Made by a program: the position numbers and the translations under genes. A model generated the notes under the pieces. It was given only the letters and a program-made list of their open reading frames with translations, was not told the origin of the DNA and ran no database searches. Below are positions 1 to 9,331 of a stretch of DNA of 55,747 bases, one piece after another. The stretch lies in the sequence record DRR723986_5079; one strand, given 5' to 3'. Positions within the stretch are counted from its first letter, which is position 1; each line of letters begins with the position of its first letter.

Positions 1-1
1 C

Positions 2-127
2 AAGGAAGGCGACAAGGTCTGGGTCAAGCTCATGGGCTTCGACGAGCGCGGCAAGGTCCGCCTGTCCATGAAGGTTGTCGACCAGGAAACCGGCAAGGAA
101 ATCGAAAAGAAGGAAGAAGCTGAATAA
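2..127 (+). CDS. pnp: Polyribonucleotide nucleotidyltransferase (PNPase), 3' end only (S1 domain tail)
   Basis: Frame 2 reads [41 protein letters not shown], the typical alphaproteobacterial PNPase C-terminus; not in the ORF track because it is truncated by the window edge. Confidence 0.93.
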   Translation, partial: KEGDKVWVKLMGFDERGKVRLSMKVVDQETGKEIEKKEEAE

Positions 128-154
128 GCTTCCGTCCGACTGACGCAAGATATG

Positions 155-187
155 AAACGGGGACCGAAAGGTCCCCGTTTTTGTTTG
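155..187 (+). terminator. Rho-independent terminator after pnp (probably bidirectional)
   Basis: AAACGGGGACC-GAAA-GGTCCCCGTTT stem-loop followed by TTGTTTG; lies between convergent genes. Confidence 0.88.
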
Positions 188-208
188 TCTTGAAGCGAGA
201 AAGGCTGG

Positions 209-2965
209 TCAGCCAGCCCGGGCGGCAACTGAATCGACGCCGTTCATCTTGGCGAGATAGCGGTGGAAGTCGACGCCGGAAAGCGGGCGCGAAAAGCTGT
301 ACCCCTGGATGAGCGAGCAGCCGAAGGAATGGATCAGCTCGCATTGTTCGTGCGTTTCGGCCCCCTCGCACACGACTTCGATATGCAGCGAGCCGGCCAT
401 TGAAATGATCGCCTGAACCAGTGCCTGGCCGTCCACATCCCGCTCAAGGCCCATGATGAAGGTCCGGTCGATCTTGAGCGTGTCGATCGGCAGGCGCTTC
501 AGGTAGCTGAGCGACGAATAGCCGGTGCCGAAATCATCCAGGGAGATCTTGATGCCGAGGTTGCTGATGGCTTCCAGAATTTCGACCGGGTTGACGCGCT
601 GGTCGTCGAACATCACGCTTTCGGTGACTTCCAGCTGCAGACGTGTCGGGTCCATGCCGGTCTCGTCGAGGATTTCTCTCAGCCGAGGCAGGAAATCCGC
701 ATCCCTGCACTGGCGCGGCGAGATGTTGACGCTGATCCCGTCGAGCTGCAGGCCGTTGCGGTTGCAGGACTGGAAGAATTCGCAGGCCTCGCGCAGCACC
801 TGTTCGCCAAGCGGTACGATGAGCCCACAGTCTTCGGCCACCTTGATGAACTCGGTCGGAGGGACGACACCCAACTTGGGATCGGTCCAGCGTGCCAGGG
901 TTTCGCAGCTCACCACGCGGTTCTTTTCATAGTCCACGATCGGCTGGAAATTCAGGTGCAGCTCACCCTTGTCGATGGCTTGCCGGAGGCAGATCTCGAT
1001 CTGGCTTGCGCGGGCGGCCTGTTCATTCATGCGCGTGGCAAAGAACCGGTAACTGGCACCGCTATCGGCCTTGGCCTGCAGCATGCTGGTGTCGGCCTGC
1101 ATCAGCAGCGCTTCCTCGTGTGTGCCGTCGTGCGGGCAGACGGTAATGCCGAGACTGCCGGCAAGCACGGCATCATTGCCGTCTTCCAGTTTGATCGGGT
1201 CGCCGATCGCCTTCAGAATGTCACGGGCGGTCTGTTCGATCTGCCAGCGGTCTTCCGGATTCGACAGGATAATGGCGAATTCGTCGCCGCCCATGCGGGC
1301 CACGGTCTGGTCCGGGCCAAGGGTCCTGGTCAGACGCGCGGCTATGGTTTCGATGACCTTGTCCCCTGCCTTGGGACCATAGGTTTCGTTGACGGTCTTG
1401 AACCGGTCGAGGTCGAGGATCATCAGCGCCGTCAGGTCGCCCATATGTTTGCCGCGCTGGATCGCCTGGCGCAAACGGTCCATGAACAGGCGCCGGTTCG
1501 GCAGACCGGTCAGAATGTCGAAATTGGCATTCTTGGTTGCCAGTTCCTCCTGGCGCTTGCGCTCGCTGATGTCTGTGATGGTGGCGTAATAGGCGCGTTC
1601 CCCGCGCCATTCGGTCAACCGAACATGCTGCTCCAGCCAGATGGTCTCGCCATCCTTGCGGATGCCCTTGACCTCATAGGTGCGCGGAGCGCCTTCGCCG
1701 TTTTCACGCATGTTGTAGTAGCTGCGCAGCCGGCTGTGCTCTTCCGGTGCATAGATCACCAGTGTGGGAGACTCGACAAGCTGCTCGGGTTCACCGGGGG
1801 TGTAACCGCACATTTTCAGCAGGGCGTTGTTCACATAAAGGATGCGATGATTGGCATGGACGAGCACGCCGTGCATCGATCCGTCGATCATGTCCTTGAA
1901 CTGGGCATCGCGGTCACGAACGGATTCAAACGCCGCCTGGAACATGGTCGCCAATTTGTTGAATTCGAAGATAAGCCCGGGCGGCGGCGGCGACACCACC
2001 CTGTCCTGCCGCAGCCCCATCGCGTAGTTCAGCAGCCTGCCCAGGCCGGCCGTGGTGATGCGATTGACCAGAAGCGCTGCACCGATTGCCAGTATCGCCG
2101 TATAAAGCAGGAACGGTGTGAACAGTTGGCTGTAGGTTTCCTCGACCTTTTGCAGGGTGTCCACGGGCTGCTTGATCACGGTCGCAAGCATGTGGCCGTC
2201 CAGACCCTGCATCAGCGGAGCAAAAACGAAAAGGTTCTCTCCGTTCAGCGCGTAATTGACGTCGTCAGGTGTAGCGTAGAGCCGTTCGGGAAGGACTTCC
2301 GTGGTCAGGTCGCCCATGCCCGCCACAACATCCTCATGGTGATAGAAGGCGATATCTTCCACCCGTAGCGCCTTGGCGAGGACACCCGGCAGGGAGAAGG
2401 AATCGGTGATAGTCGTCCCGCCATAAATCCTGCCGAGGACTCGGCCGGTATCGGGATCGAGAACCAGAACAGAGAGCGCTGCAGTGATCTGTATGGGATC
2501 GGAATCATGGTCCGCGTAAGTTACCCAGATGTCGGGCGGCATGGCGGCACGTATCTTCACCGGCAATTGGTGGCTCAGGTCGATCAGGCCGAGACTGCCG
2601 TTTACCCAGCCGTTTTCACTTGGAAGATCGATCAGGAGAATGTCCAGAACCGCGCTGGTCATGCCTTCGGAAGCGCGTTCTATTATGACCTTGGCGGTCT
2701 CCTTGTCGTAGTTCAAAAGAGCCTGCCGGATATCCGGGTGTGCTGCGACCGCGCGGATCTGCGTTTCGAGTTTGTCCAGATGCTGGGTGAAGACGAGCCT
2801 TGCGAGCGTTGCCTTGGATTTTGCGCTGCGGGCAATTTCATGTTCGGCAATCGACAGGCTGCCAAGGTACGTAATCCAGAAGAGCGCGATCGCCGTTCCC
2901 ATAAGGCCGAACGCAAACAGAGCCATGACAAGGCGGCTGAAGGGAATGGAAAAACTGGCCTTCAA
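209..2965 (-). CDS. Membrane c-di-GMP signalling protein: periplasmic sensor (LuxQ-periplasmic/dCache-like) + PAS + GGDEF + EAL
   Basis: Two TM segments flank a ~270-aa periplasmic region; PAS (RKDGETIWLEQ...ITDISERK); RMGGDEF; EAL with ETLARW, EVTES, DDFGTGYSSLSYL, KIDRTF and EGAET. Start moved from 3085 to the TTG at 2965, 7 nt after an AGGAG RBS. Confidence 0.88.
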   Translation of the reverse strand: MKASFSIPFSRLVMALFAFGLMGTAIALFWITYLGSLSIAEHEIARSAKSKATLARLVFTQHLDKLETQIRAVAAHPDIRQALLNYDKETAKVIIERASEGMTSAVLDILLIDLPSENGWVNGSLGLIDLSHQLPVKIRAAMPPDIWVTYADHDSDPIQITAALSVLVLDPDTGRVLGRIYGGTTITDSFSLPGVLAKALRVEDIAFYHHEDVVAGMGDLTTEVLPERLYATPDDVNYALNGENLFVFAPLMQGLDGHMLATVIKQPVDTLQKVEETYSQLFTPFLLYTAILAIGAALLVNRITTAGLGRLLNYAMGLRQDRVVSPPPPGLIFEFNKLATMFQAAFESVRDRDAQFKDMIDGSMHGVLVHANHRILYVNNALLKMCGYTPGEPEQLVESPTLVIYAPEEHSRLRSYYNMRENGEGAPRTYEVKGIRKDGETIWLEQHVRLTEWRGERAYYATITDISERKRQEELATKNANFDILTGLPNRRLFMDRLRQAIQRGKHMGDLTALMILDLDRFKTVNETYGPKAGDKVIETIAARLTRTLGPDQTVARMGGDEFAIILSNPEDRWQIEQTARDILKAIGDPIKLEDGNDAVLAGSLGITVCPHDGTHEEALLMQADTSMLQAKADSGASYRFFATRMNEQAARASQIEICLRQAIDKGELHLNFQPIVDYEKNRVVSCETLARWTDPKLGVVPPTEFIKVAEDCGLIVPLGEQVLREACEFFQSCNRNGLQLDGISVNISPRQCRDADFLPRLREILDETGMDPTRLQLEVTESVMFDDQRVNPVEILEAISNLGIKISLDDFGTGYSSLSYLKRLPIDTLKIDRTFIMGLERDVDGQALVQAIISMAGSLHIEVVCEGAETHEQCELIHSFGCSLIQGYSFSRPLSGVDFHRYLAKMNGVDSVAARAG

Positions 2966-3466
2966 CGAAGCGCTCCTGAACCGGCGGGCATCATCTGACG
3001 GGTAAATCGAACATGACGGGAAGCAAGGCGGCGCGGGGTCCTTCTCGGTTGGAACAACAGGTTGTTGCTGGTCTTGCAAGTACAAGGCACCCGGCGGCGG
3101 GTGTGGACAGCTTCGGGAAAAGACAGGTTGTGACGAACCGATGCGTCCATAAGCACAGTATCATGAAACCTGCCTCCTGTTTTGCAATTGCAAGAAAAAA
3201 CACTTACAGACTCAAACGTAACTGCTCGAGGTTTACCTTTGGTGAATTGGAATGGTGAAGATATTGCCTTTTTATTGTCAATTTAACTTGCTGTTCATCA
3301 ATAAAGTTGGGATTGAGTATAGTAATATTTGACAGGAGCCATTTCTATTGAGTGCTGCTGTCCCCTTGCATGATCGGACGTTTGCCTCCCCCGGCGAAAC
3401 TGGTATACCCCCAATCGTGAAGTGAATTGGGGTCGATTGGCCTATTGCGGAAGACGGAGCCACTTG

Positions 3467-4279
3467 ATGGGGCAGATGCGCTTGGTAGTCGTTGGAGCCG
3501 GTGGCCGAATGGGCCGGGCATTGACGCGGGCGGTCACGGAAACAACGGGTGCTACCGTCGTCGCGGCGATCGAACGCGAGGGCTCCGAGTTTCTTGGCAA
3601 GGATGTGGGCGACCTGGCTGGAACAGGTTCCTTGGGCGTTCCTGTCACCGACGATCCGTTGACAGCCTTTGCCGCCTCTGACGGCGTCCTGGATTTCACG
3701 GCTCCGGCGGCAAGTCTCTGGTTTGCCGAACTGGCCGCGCAGGCTCGCATCGTCCATGTCATCGGCACCACCGGTTGGGCTGAAGGGCAGGACGAACCTC
3801 TGAAGGCGGCTGCCCGTCATGCCCGTATCGTCAAATCCGGAAACATGAGCCTGGGTGTCAATCTGCTGGCGAGCCTGGTGCGCAAGGCTGCCGCCGCGCT
3901 TGATGCGGATTTCGACATCGAGGTTCTGGAAATGCATCACAAGCACAAGGTGGATGCCCCCTCGGGCACGGCGCTGTTGCTTGGCGAAGCGGCTGCGCAG
4001 GGCCGGGGCCTGGATCTGGCCGCCCATTCGGTCCGTTCGCGCGACGGTATCATGGACCCTCGCAAGATCGGCGACATAGGCTTTGCAACCCTGCGGGGCG
4101 GGTCGGTCATCGGGGAGCATTCAGTGATTTTTGCAGGTGAAGGCGAGCGCATCGAACTCACTCACCGGGCGGAAGACCGGCAACTGTTTGCCCGCGGGGC
4201 CGTCAAGGCGGCACTGTGGGGATTTGACCAGAAGCCCGGGTTTTATTCGATGGCCGATGTCCTCGGCCTGGATTCTTGA
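3467..4279 (+). CDS. dapB: 4-hydroxy-tetrahydrodipicolinate reductase
   Basis: GAGGRMG NAD-binding motif, [22 protein letters not shown] signature, [17 protein letters not shown] before ATG 3467. Confidence 0.97.
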   Translation: MGQMRLVVVGAGGRMGRALTRAVTETTGATVVAAIEREGSEFLGKDVGDLAGTGSLGVPVTDDPLTAFAASDGVLDFTAPAASLWFAELAAQARIVHVIGTTGWAEGQDEPLKAAARHARIVKSGNMSLGVNLLASLVRKAAAALDADFDIEVLEMHHKHKVDAPSGTALLLGEAAAQGRGLDLAAHSVRSRDGIMDPRKIGDIGFATLRGGSVIGEHSVIFAGEGERIELTHRAEDRQLFARGAVKAALWGFDQKPGFYSMADVLGLDS

Positions 4280-4308
4280 AGATACGCATTTAGCTTGAGG
4301 AGAATGGC

Positions 4309-4929
4309 ATGGACCGCCTTCTTGTGCTTGTCCGTCACGGACAGAGCGACTGGAATTTGAAGAACCTGTTCACCGGCTGGAAAAATCCGGACCTGACCGA
4401 GCAGGGCGTGGCGGAGGCTCACATGGCCGGCGAGCAGCTCAGGGATCTGAAGCTGTCCTTCGACGTTGCTTTCACCTCCGATCTGTCGCGCGCACAGAAG
4501 ACGCTGGACATCATCCTGGAAGAACTGGGCCAGACCGGCCTTGAAACCTTCAAGGATCAGGCTCTCAACGAGCGTGACTACGGTGACATCACCGGCATGA
4601 ACAAGGACGAAGCGCGCGAGAAATTCGGCGAAGAGCAGGTCCATATCTGGCGCCGCTCCTACGACATTCCCCCTCCGGGCGGTGAAAGCCTGAAGATGAC
4701 CGCAGAGCGCGTTCTGCCTTACTACAAGTCGGAAATTCTGCCGCGCGTTCTGGCTGGCAGCCGCACGATCGTTGCCGCGCATGGCAACTCGCTGCGGTCG
4801 CTGATCATGGATCTGGAAGATCTTTCACCGGAAGAAATCCTGAAGCGCGAACTGGGCACCGGAACGCCGATCATCTATCGCCTCGATGAAAACGGCGGCG
4901 TGGTCAGCGTCCAGGATCTCGCCGACTGA
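4309..4929 (+). CDS. gpmA: 2,3-bisphosphoglycerate-dependent phosphoglycerate mutase
   Basis: [30 protein letters not shown] motifs; GAGGAG RBS. Confidence 0.96.
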   Translation: MDRLLVLVRHGQSDWNLKNLFTGWKNPDLTEQGVAEAHMAGEQLRDLKLSFDVAFTSDLSRAQKTLDIILEELGQTGLETFKDQALNERDYGDITGMNKDEAREKFGEEQVHIWRRSYDIPPPGGESLKMTAERVLPYYKSEILPRVLAGSRTIVAAHGNSLRSLIMDLEDLSPEEILKRELGTGTPIIYRLDENGGVVSVQDLAD

Positions 4930-4955
4930 GGCCAGTCCGCATTGCCGAAATTCAT

Positions 4956-4992
4956 GTCCCGCTGCTTCCAGGAGGCAGCGGGACTTGTTTTT
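4956..4992 (+). terminator. Rho-independent terminator after dapB-gpmA
   Basis: GTCCCGCTGC...GCAGCGGGAC stem followed by TTGTTTTT. Confidence 0.8.
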
Positions 4993-5126
4993 GAAAGGCA
5001 GCCCGCCAGGTGCCTGCGTTGCCCGGGGCGTTATCGAACGGACCTTTGAAGCGGGCATGTACCGTCTGCAATTCCCCGGCAATTTCTTTGCAAAAACAGT
5101 CCTGAATAGTGATTTGCATTCGATGT

Positions 5127-5144
5127 CTCTCCCATTTGAGGGAG
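5127..5144. promoter_or_regulatory. 18-bp palindromic operator, copy 1 (CTCTCCCATTTGAGGGAG)
   Basis: Matches three other copies at 8794, 12941 and 15225; TAGGCT -10-like hexamer at 5166 after a 21-bp gap. Confidence 0.75.
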
Positions 5145-5204
5145 GGCCGATCTGCAACGCCTCTATAGGCTTCCAGCCGTCGACCACGGTTGGAGCATTT
5201 TTAG

Positions 5205-6128
5205 ATGGCCGAATGCACGAAAGTTTCTTCCCGCTTGCAGAAGCTGGTGCGCAGATCAGGAAAATCCGGACGTTCGCTATTTCAGGCAACTGCAGTTTTT
5301 CTGCTCGGCGCGGTTTCGGCGCAGGCCCAGACAGACCTGACAGCTGAAGAACAGGCCAGGCTGGCCGCAGCCGACAGCGGCCAGGCACCGACTGCCACCG
5401 CGATCGAACTTCCCTTCGAGGAGCCGTTTGACGGCAAGGATCTGGCCGGGCACTGGCAGCTCCTGAATGCTGACAAGGACTCCTTCGTTGTAGAAAACGG
5501 CATCCTGCTTGCGCTCACGAGTGGCGGCAAGAACAGTCTGCGAAATGCGGATACGAACAACATCTTCGAGCTGCAAGGCGTGCCGCCTGAGGGAGACTTC
5601 GATCTTGCTATCAAGGGCAAGCTCGATCCGAAAACCGGTTACGACGAAGTCTGGCTGGGACTTCGGGAAAGTCCGGACAATTTCATAGCAGCCCATCTTT
5701 ATGTGCTCACCAAGGGGTGCGGCCCTGCACTGTTCCTGCGGACTGTCGCCAATCAGCCGGTAATGCCGGAAGGAGAGCCGGTTTTGACCGCCGCCAACCA
5801 CAGCCTGTTTGACGGTCCCATCATCAAGTCCGTTTGCGACAAGGCCGGCCGGCCTCTCGGGGATCAGATCCTGTCGAACCTGTTTGCAGAAGGTTTTGAG
5901 CTGACCCTTTCCAGAAGAGGGTTGCGCTACCGGACCTCCCTGACATTGACCGTTCCGGACAGAGGGGCGCAAAAGCCCGCCGGTCTCGAGACCGTTCACA
6001 CCAACTGGATTGCCCGCATGGCGCCTTTCGGCAAACCGGTTTTCCTGCTTGGCCAGGGCAGCCGCGCCGGCAGCGGTGAAACGCTGGCCGAGTTCGACCA
6101 CTTCAGCATCCGCCGTCCGCAACAATGA
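5205..6128 (+). CDS. Exported hypothetical protein, single beta-sandwich (ConA/lectin-like?) domain paralogous to the C-terminus of the next gene
   Basis: GGAG RBS; signal peptide ending AVSAQAQ; FEEPFDG...W...GDFDL...TKGCG...VCDKAGR...EFDHFSI; ATGA overlap with the next gene. Confidence 0.75.
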   Translation: MAECTKVSSRLQKLVRRSGKSGRSLFQATAVFLLGAVSAQAQTDLTAEEQARLAAADSGQAPTATAIELPFEEPFDGKDLAGHWQLLNADKDSFVVENGILLALTSGGKNSLRNADTNNIFELQGVPPEGDFDLAIKGKLDPKTGYDEVWLGLRESPDNFIAAHLYVLTKGCGPALFLRTVANQPVMPEGEPVLTAANHSLFDGPIIKSVCDKAGRPLGDQILSNLFAEGFELTLSRRGLRYRTSLTLTVPDRGAQKPAGLETVHTNWIARMAPFGKPVFLLGQGSRAGSGETLAEFDHFSIRRPQQ

Positions 6129-8128
6129 GCCCGGAGTTTCCCATGTCTGCTCTTCCCTCTCGGGCACGCGTACTGCGGCTCGTGGTTCCTTTCTCGCTCG
6201 CCCTTTGTGCCGCTTTACCTTCTCATGCTCAGCAAGGTGATGTCGCCGCCGCAGAGAACCTCGTGCGGCTGTTTTATGCCGAACATTCGAAGCGGTTCAA
6301 CGACGGCGATACGCCGCTCCTGAACGACGCTCCGGCCGCAAAGGAGTTCCTCGTCGACGGCCTCGTGCAAGGGGAGCTTCAGGGGATTTTGCAATTCGAT
6401 CCGGTCTATGATGCACAGGACGCGAGCATTTCCGATCTCAGTATCCGGCCCGATCCGGACGCACCCCTCTTGCAGGGTGCTGCCCGGATCCAGGTGACTT
6501 TTACCAACTTCGGAATGCCGCTCCGGCACATCTACACGCTGATAACCGTGCCGGACGGTTCCTGGCAGATCAACGACATCTATTCCGAAACAAATGACTG
6601 GTCGCTGTCCGGTCTCCTGCAGTCCGCCGGTGTCGACATCAGAACGGATCCAGGTTCCGAGATCACGCTCAAGGGCGGTTCAGCGGCCGGGTCCACTGTT
6701 GGATCGGGGCAGACACAGGCTGCAAACGGCGGAGACGCGGTAATACCCGGTATGGAGGAAGGAGACCTTCCCGGAAACGGCCTGTCCTCTGAAGGGAGCG
6801 ACCTTCTGTTCGTTCTGGACGGTTCAGGCTCCATGTGGGGTCAGGTCGACGGTGTTGCCAAGATCACCACCGCGAAACAGGCGCTGACAGGTCTTATCGG
6901 TGACCTGCCGGCTCAGACCAATGTCGGCCTCATGGCCTACGGACACCGCCGGGAAGGGGATTGCGGAGACACCGAGATCCTGTATCCGGTTTCCAACTTC
7001 GATACCGAACGTCTGAAGCCGGTTATCGACGCGATTACGCCTCGTGGAAAAACCCCCATCGCAGCCGCCCTGCAACAGGCGGCTTCCGCCATGCCCGCCT
7101 CCAATCGGCCGGCAAACGTGCTTCTGATTTCAGACGGGCTGGAAACCTGCGGCGGTGACCCATGCGCCGCGGCCAAGGCATTGGCCGAGCGGGGTATCAA
7201 CACCCGCGTCCATGTGGTCGGGTTTGACCTGACGCAGGAGGAGAACCAGGCCCTTCAGTGCATCGCCGAAAATGGCGGCGGCAACTATTACGCCGCCAAC
7301 AATGCCGAAAGCTTCACCGAGGCCGTCAAGCAGGCTGTCGCGGACGCAGGCAAAGCAGCGGAACCTCCCGCACCGGCGCCGGAAGCTGAAGAGGTCGTTC
7401 CGGCCAGCACCCTTGTGTTTGAAGAAACGTTTGACGGCCCGGAGCTGGCAGCCAGCTGGCAGACACTGAATGGAACCGACAGGCTGACCAGGTTTACCGG
7501 AAGTGGCACCCTGTTTGTCTCCGCACTGGGGGGCGACACGATCTACGACAACAAGAACGCGCTGAACCGCCTCGTTCTTGACGAGCCACTGCCTGACGGC
7601 GATTTCGACCTGAGTCTCAAGTTCAAGCTGCATGAACAAAGCGGCCATGAAAGCGTATCGTTGTCGCTGCTGGAGGATACGAACAACCAGATCGGCGCAA
7701 TGGCCTGGATCTGGACGAAAGGCTGCGGTTCTTATCTGAACCTGTCCTTGACCCGCCTCTCCGGAGATCCCGAAGGCAAACCTGAAGTATCGCGTTTCGA
7801 TGTCAATCTGTTCAGCAAGCAGATCGTCAAGACAGTGTGCGACAAGGCGGGCAGAGCTTATGGCAACAAGGTTCTGGAATCGCTTTCGACCGATGGTGCA
7901 CTGCTGCGTCTGAAACGGCGAGGACGTGCGCTTTCCGCTGCCATCGAACTTGAACTGCCCGCTGCTGACGGTCAGGAGGGAGGTCCCTACGTTCTTGAGA
8001 CCGATCCGGTTACAGTACTGCGCCTTGCCGGCAAGCCGAGCGTGCTCGCCGGTCAGTGGAACAAGGCAAAGTCTCAAGAGAGCCATTTCGAGTTCGACAG
8101 GTTTGCAATCGAGCTGGTTTCGCAATGA
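6125..8128 (+). CDS. Exported multidomain protein: DUF3828-like + von Willebrand factor A + beta-sandwich domain
   Basis: Signal peptide (LPSHAQ); FDPVYDAQD and WQINDIY (DUF3828/YbjP-like); MIDAS DGSGS, GKTPI, LISDGLETCGGDPC, HVVGF; C-terminal repeat of the domain in 5205..6128. Confidence 0.85.
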   Translation: MSPEFPMSALPSRARVLRLVVPFSLALCAALPSHAQQGDVAAAENLVRLFYAEHSKRFNDGDTPLLNDAPAAKEFLVDGLVQGELQGILQFDPVYDAQDASISDLSIRPDPDAPLLQGAARIQVTFTNFGMPLRHIYTLITVPDGSWQINDIYSETNDWSLSGLLQSAGVDIRTDPGSEITLKGGSAAGSTVGSGQTQAANGGDAVIPGMEEGDLPGNGLSSEGSDLLFVLDGSGSMWGQVDGVAKITTAKQALTGLIGDLPAQTNVGLMAYGHRREGDCGDTEILYPVSNFDTERLKPVIDAITPRGKTPIAAALQQAASAMPASNRPANVLLISDGLETCGGDPCAAAKALAERGINTRVHVVGFDLTQEENQALQCIAENGGGNYYAANNAESFTEAVKQAVADAGKAAEPPAPAPEAEEVVPASTLVFEETFDGPELAASWQTLNGTDRLTRFTGSGTLFVSALGGDTIYDNKNALNRLVLDEPLPDGDFDLSLKFKLHEQSGHESVSLSLLEDTNNQIGAMAWIWTKGCGSYLNLSLTRLSGDPEGKPEVSRFDVNLFSKQIVKTVCDKAGRAYGNKVLESLSTDGALLRLKRRGRALSAAIELELPAADGQEGGPYVLETDPVTVLRLAGKPSVLAGQWNKAKSQESHFEFDRFAIELVSQ

Positions 8129-8763
8129 GGATTCGTCCTCGCCGTGCTTGTCTGGCCTTCGTAATCCCCTGGGTCCTGTCGGAAGCTGTCTTCGCGCAGG
8201 GTCCAGGCGTCCAGGCCCCAGGTGTCGAAGACCTCGAATGTGCGGCGGGGTATGGCTGCCAAGGCGTTTCATCTTCGCAATGCGACGTCCTGGCGATGCT
8301 GGGCTTGATGACGACGGGAGAGGCCCGGGACCTGTTCGCCCAGGCATATCCCGCACGGTTTACGGAGGTGGCAAGAAACGCAGACCTGCCACCGACCGAA
8401 TGCCTGCAGGCTGCCGGTTCCGGTATAGGCACCGGCGCATCGCCGAATGGCAGCAGTGCACAAGCCTTGCCCGACTTCGCAAGTCTCGACGGGTTTTCAG
8501 AGGCACCCTGCCCGGGCAAAGTGTCCGTCGATCCGATCTTCGTGCAGGGGCAACCGGACATCCGGGTGCTCGCCTGTTTCAAGGGAGCGGACAATCGCTA
8601 CAGCGAATGCGGCAAGGCAGCGGCCCGTGCCTATTGTCTGAAATTCGGTCAACCGGACGTTGCCTGTTTCGGCGACATCAAGCTCGTCGGCAAGGCCGCC
8701 ACTGTCGACGCCTATTGCGAAGCTGGCGGGTGTCCCGCTTTTGGTTTCATTGTCTGCAAATAA
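8125..8763 (+). CDS. Exported cysteine-rich hypothetical protein
   Basis: ATGA overlap with the VWA gene stop; signal-like N-terminus ending AVFAQ; 12 Cys in the mature part, C-terminal CGKAAARAYC...CEAGGCPAFGFIVCK. Confidence 0.72.
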   Translation: MRIRPRRACLAFVIPWVLSEAVFAQGPGVQAPGVEDLECAAGYGCQGVSSSQCDVLAMLGLMTTGEARDLFAQAYPARFTEVARNADLPPTECLQAAGSGIGTGASPNGSSAQALPDFASLDGFSEAPCPGKVSVDPIFVQGQPDIRVLACFKGADNRYSECGKAAARAYCLKFGQPDVACFGDIKLVGKAATVDAYCEAGGCPAFGFIVCK

Positions 8764-8793
8764 GCGTCATCCGGTGCCGGAACCGCATCGATG

Positions 8794-8811
8794 CTCACCC
8801 AAATGGGAGAG
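8794..8811. promoter_or_regulatory. 18-bp palindromic operator, copy 2 (CTCACCCAAATGGGAGAG)
   Basis: Same motif; CAGTCT hexamer at 8833 after a 21-bp gap; 70 bp upstream of ATG 8881. Confidence 0.75.
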
Positions 8812-8880
8812 GCTTCAGCCGGATCGAAACGTCAGTCTTGCGTCATCGACATGTCTCGCCAACAAGACCGGAGACTGAAA

Positions 8881-9288
8881 ATGCGGAAGATTTGGATGAT
8901 ACTTTTTCTGGCATTGGGGACGAGTTTCCTGCTGCCAACCTTTTCGGCGCAGGCCAAGACGATCTGCACGATCCAGGCGGAGAGCGCTTTCAGCAAGGGT
9001 CACAAGACCCGGGCCGGTGCCGAGGCAAGAGCCTGGGTAAACTGGCAAGGCAAGATGAGGAACAGCCATGGACGCCGGTTTGCCGTTTCCATGGCGCGGG
9101 TGACAAAAGGCTATCCCAAGTTCGATGGCACCCGGTTTAACCACAGGGTGGTGGTTCGCGCCCAGGGTTGCTACGTCAAAGGCGTTTCCTGCCTCACCGG
9201 CACGGGTATCACCCCTTCCTGCGAGTGCCAGAGCGACCGTCGCGCCGCCTTGAAGCAGGGATGTTCCGTCTACGCTGCTGGCAGGTGA
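8881..9288 (+). CDS. Small exported basic Cys-rich hypothetical protein
   Basis: GGAG RBS; Sec signal MRKIWMILFLALGTSFLLPTFSAQA; 6 Cys and many Lys/Arg in the mature part. Confidence 0.78.
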   Translation: MRKIWMILFLALGTSFLLPTFSAQAKTICTIQAESAFSKGHKTRAGAEARAWVNWQGKMRNSHGRRFAVSMARVTKGYPKFDGTRFNHRVVVRAQGCYVKGVSCLTGTGITPSCECQSDRRAALKQGCSVYAAGR

Positions 9289-9331
9289 CAGGCGGTAGGA
9301 ATACTTCCCGAATGGAATGCGTGCGGACGGT

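Noticed and set aside
956-2368. 470-aa plus-strand ORF
   Set aside because: Antisense shadow of the GGDEF-EAL gene; no motifs; such ORFs are expected in high-GC DNA
3283-3297. TTAA-N7-TTCA, CtrA-like box in the AT-rich intergenic region
   Set aside because: One mismatch, a single copy and an AT-rich background; cannot be distinguished from chance
4930-4960. Possible att/direct repeat with 43840-43857 (TTGCCG...CCGAAA)
   Set aside because: Only about 6-bp matches, and no integrase or tRNA
7926-9140. 404-aa plus-strand ORF spanning three genes
   Set aside because: Alternative frame over better-supported genes that have RBS, signal peptides and coupling; Arg/Pro-rich junk composition
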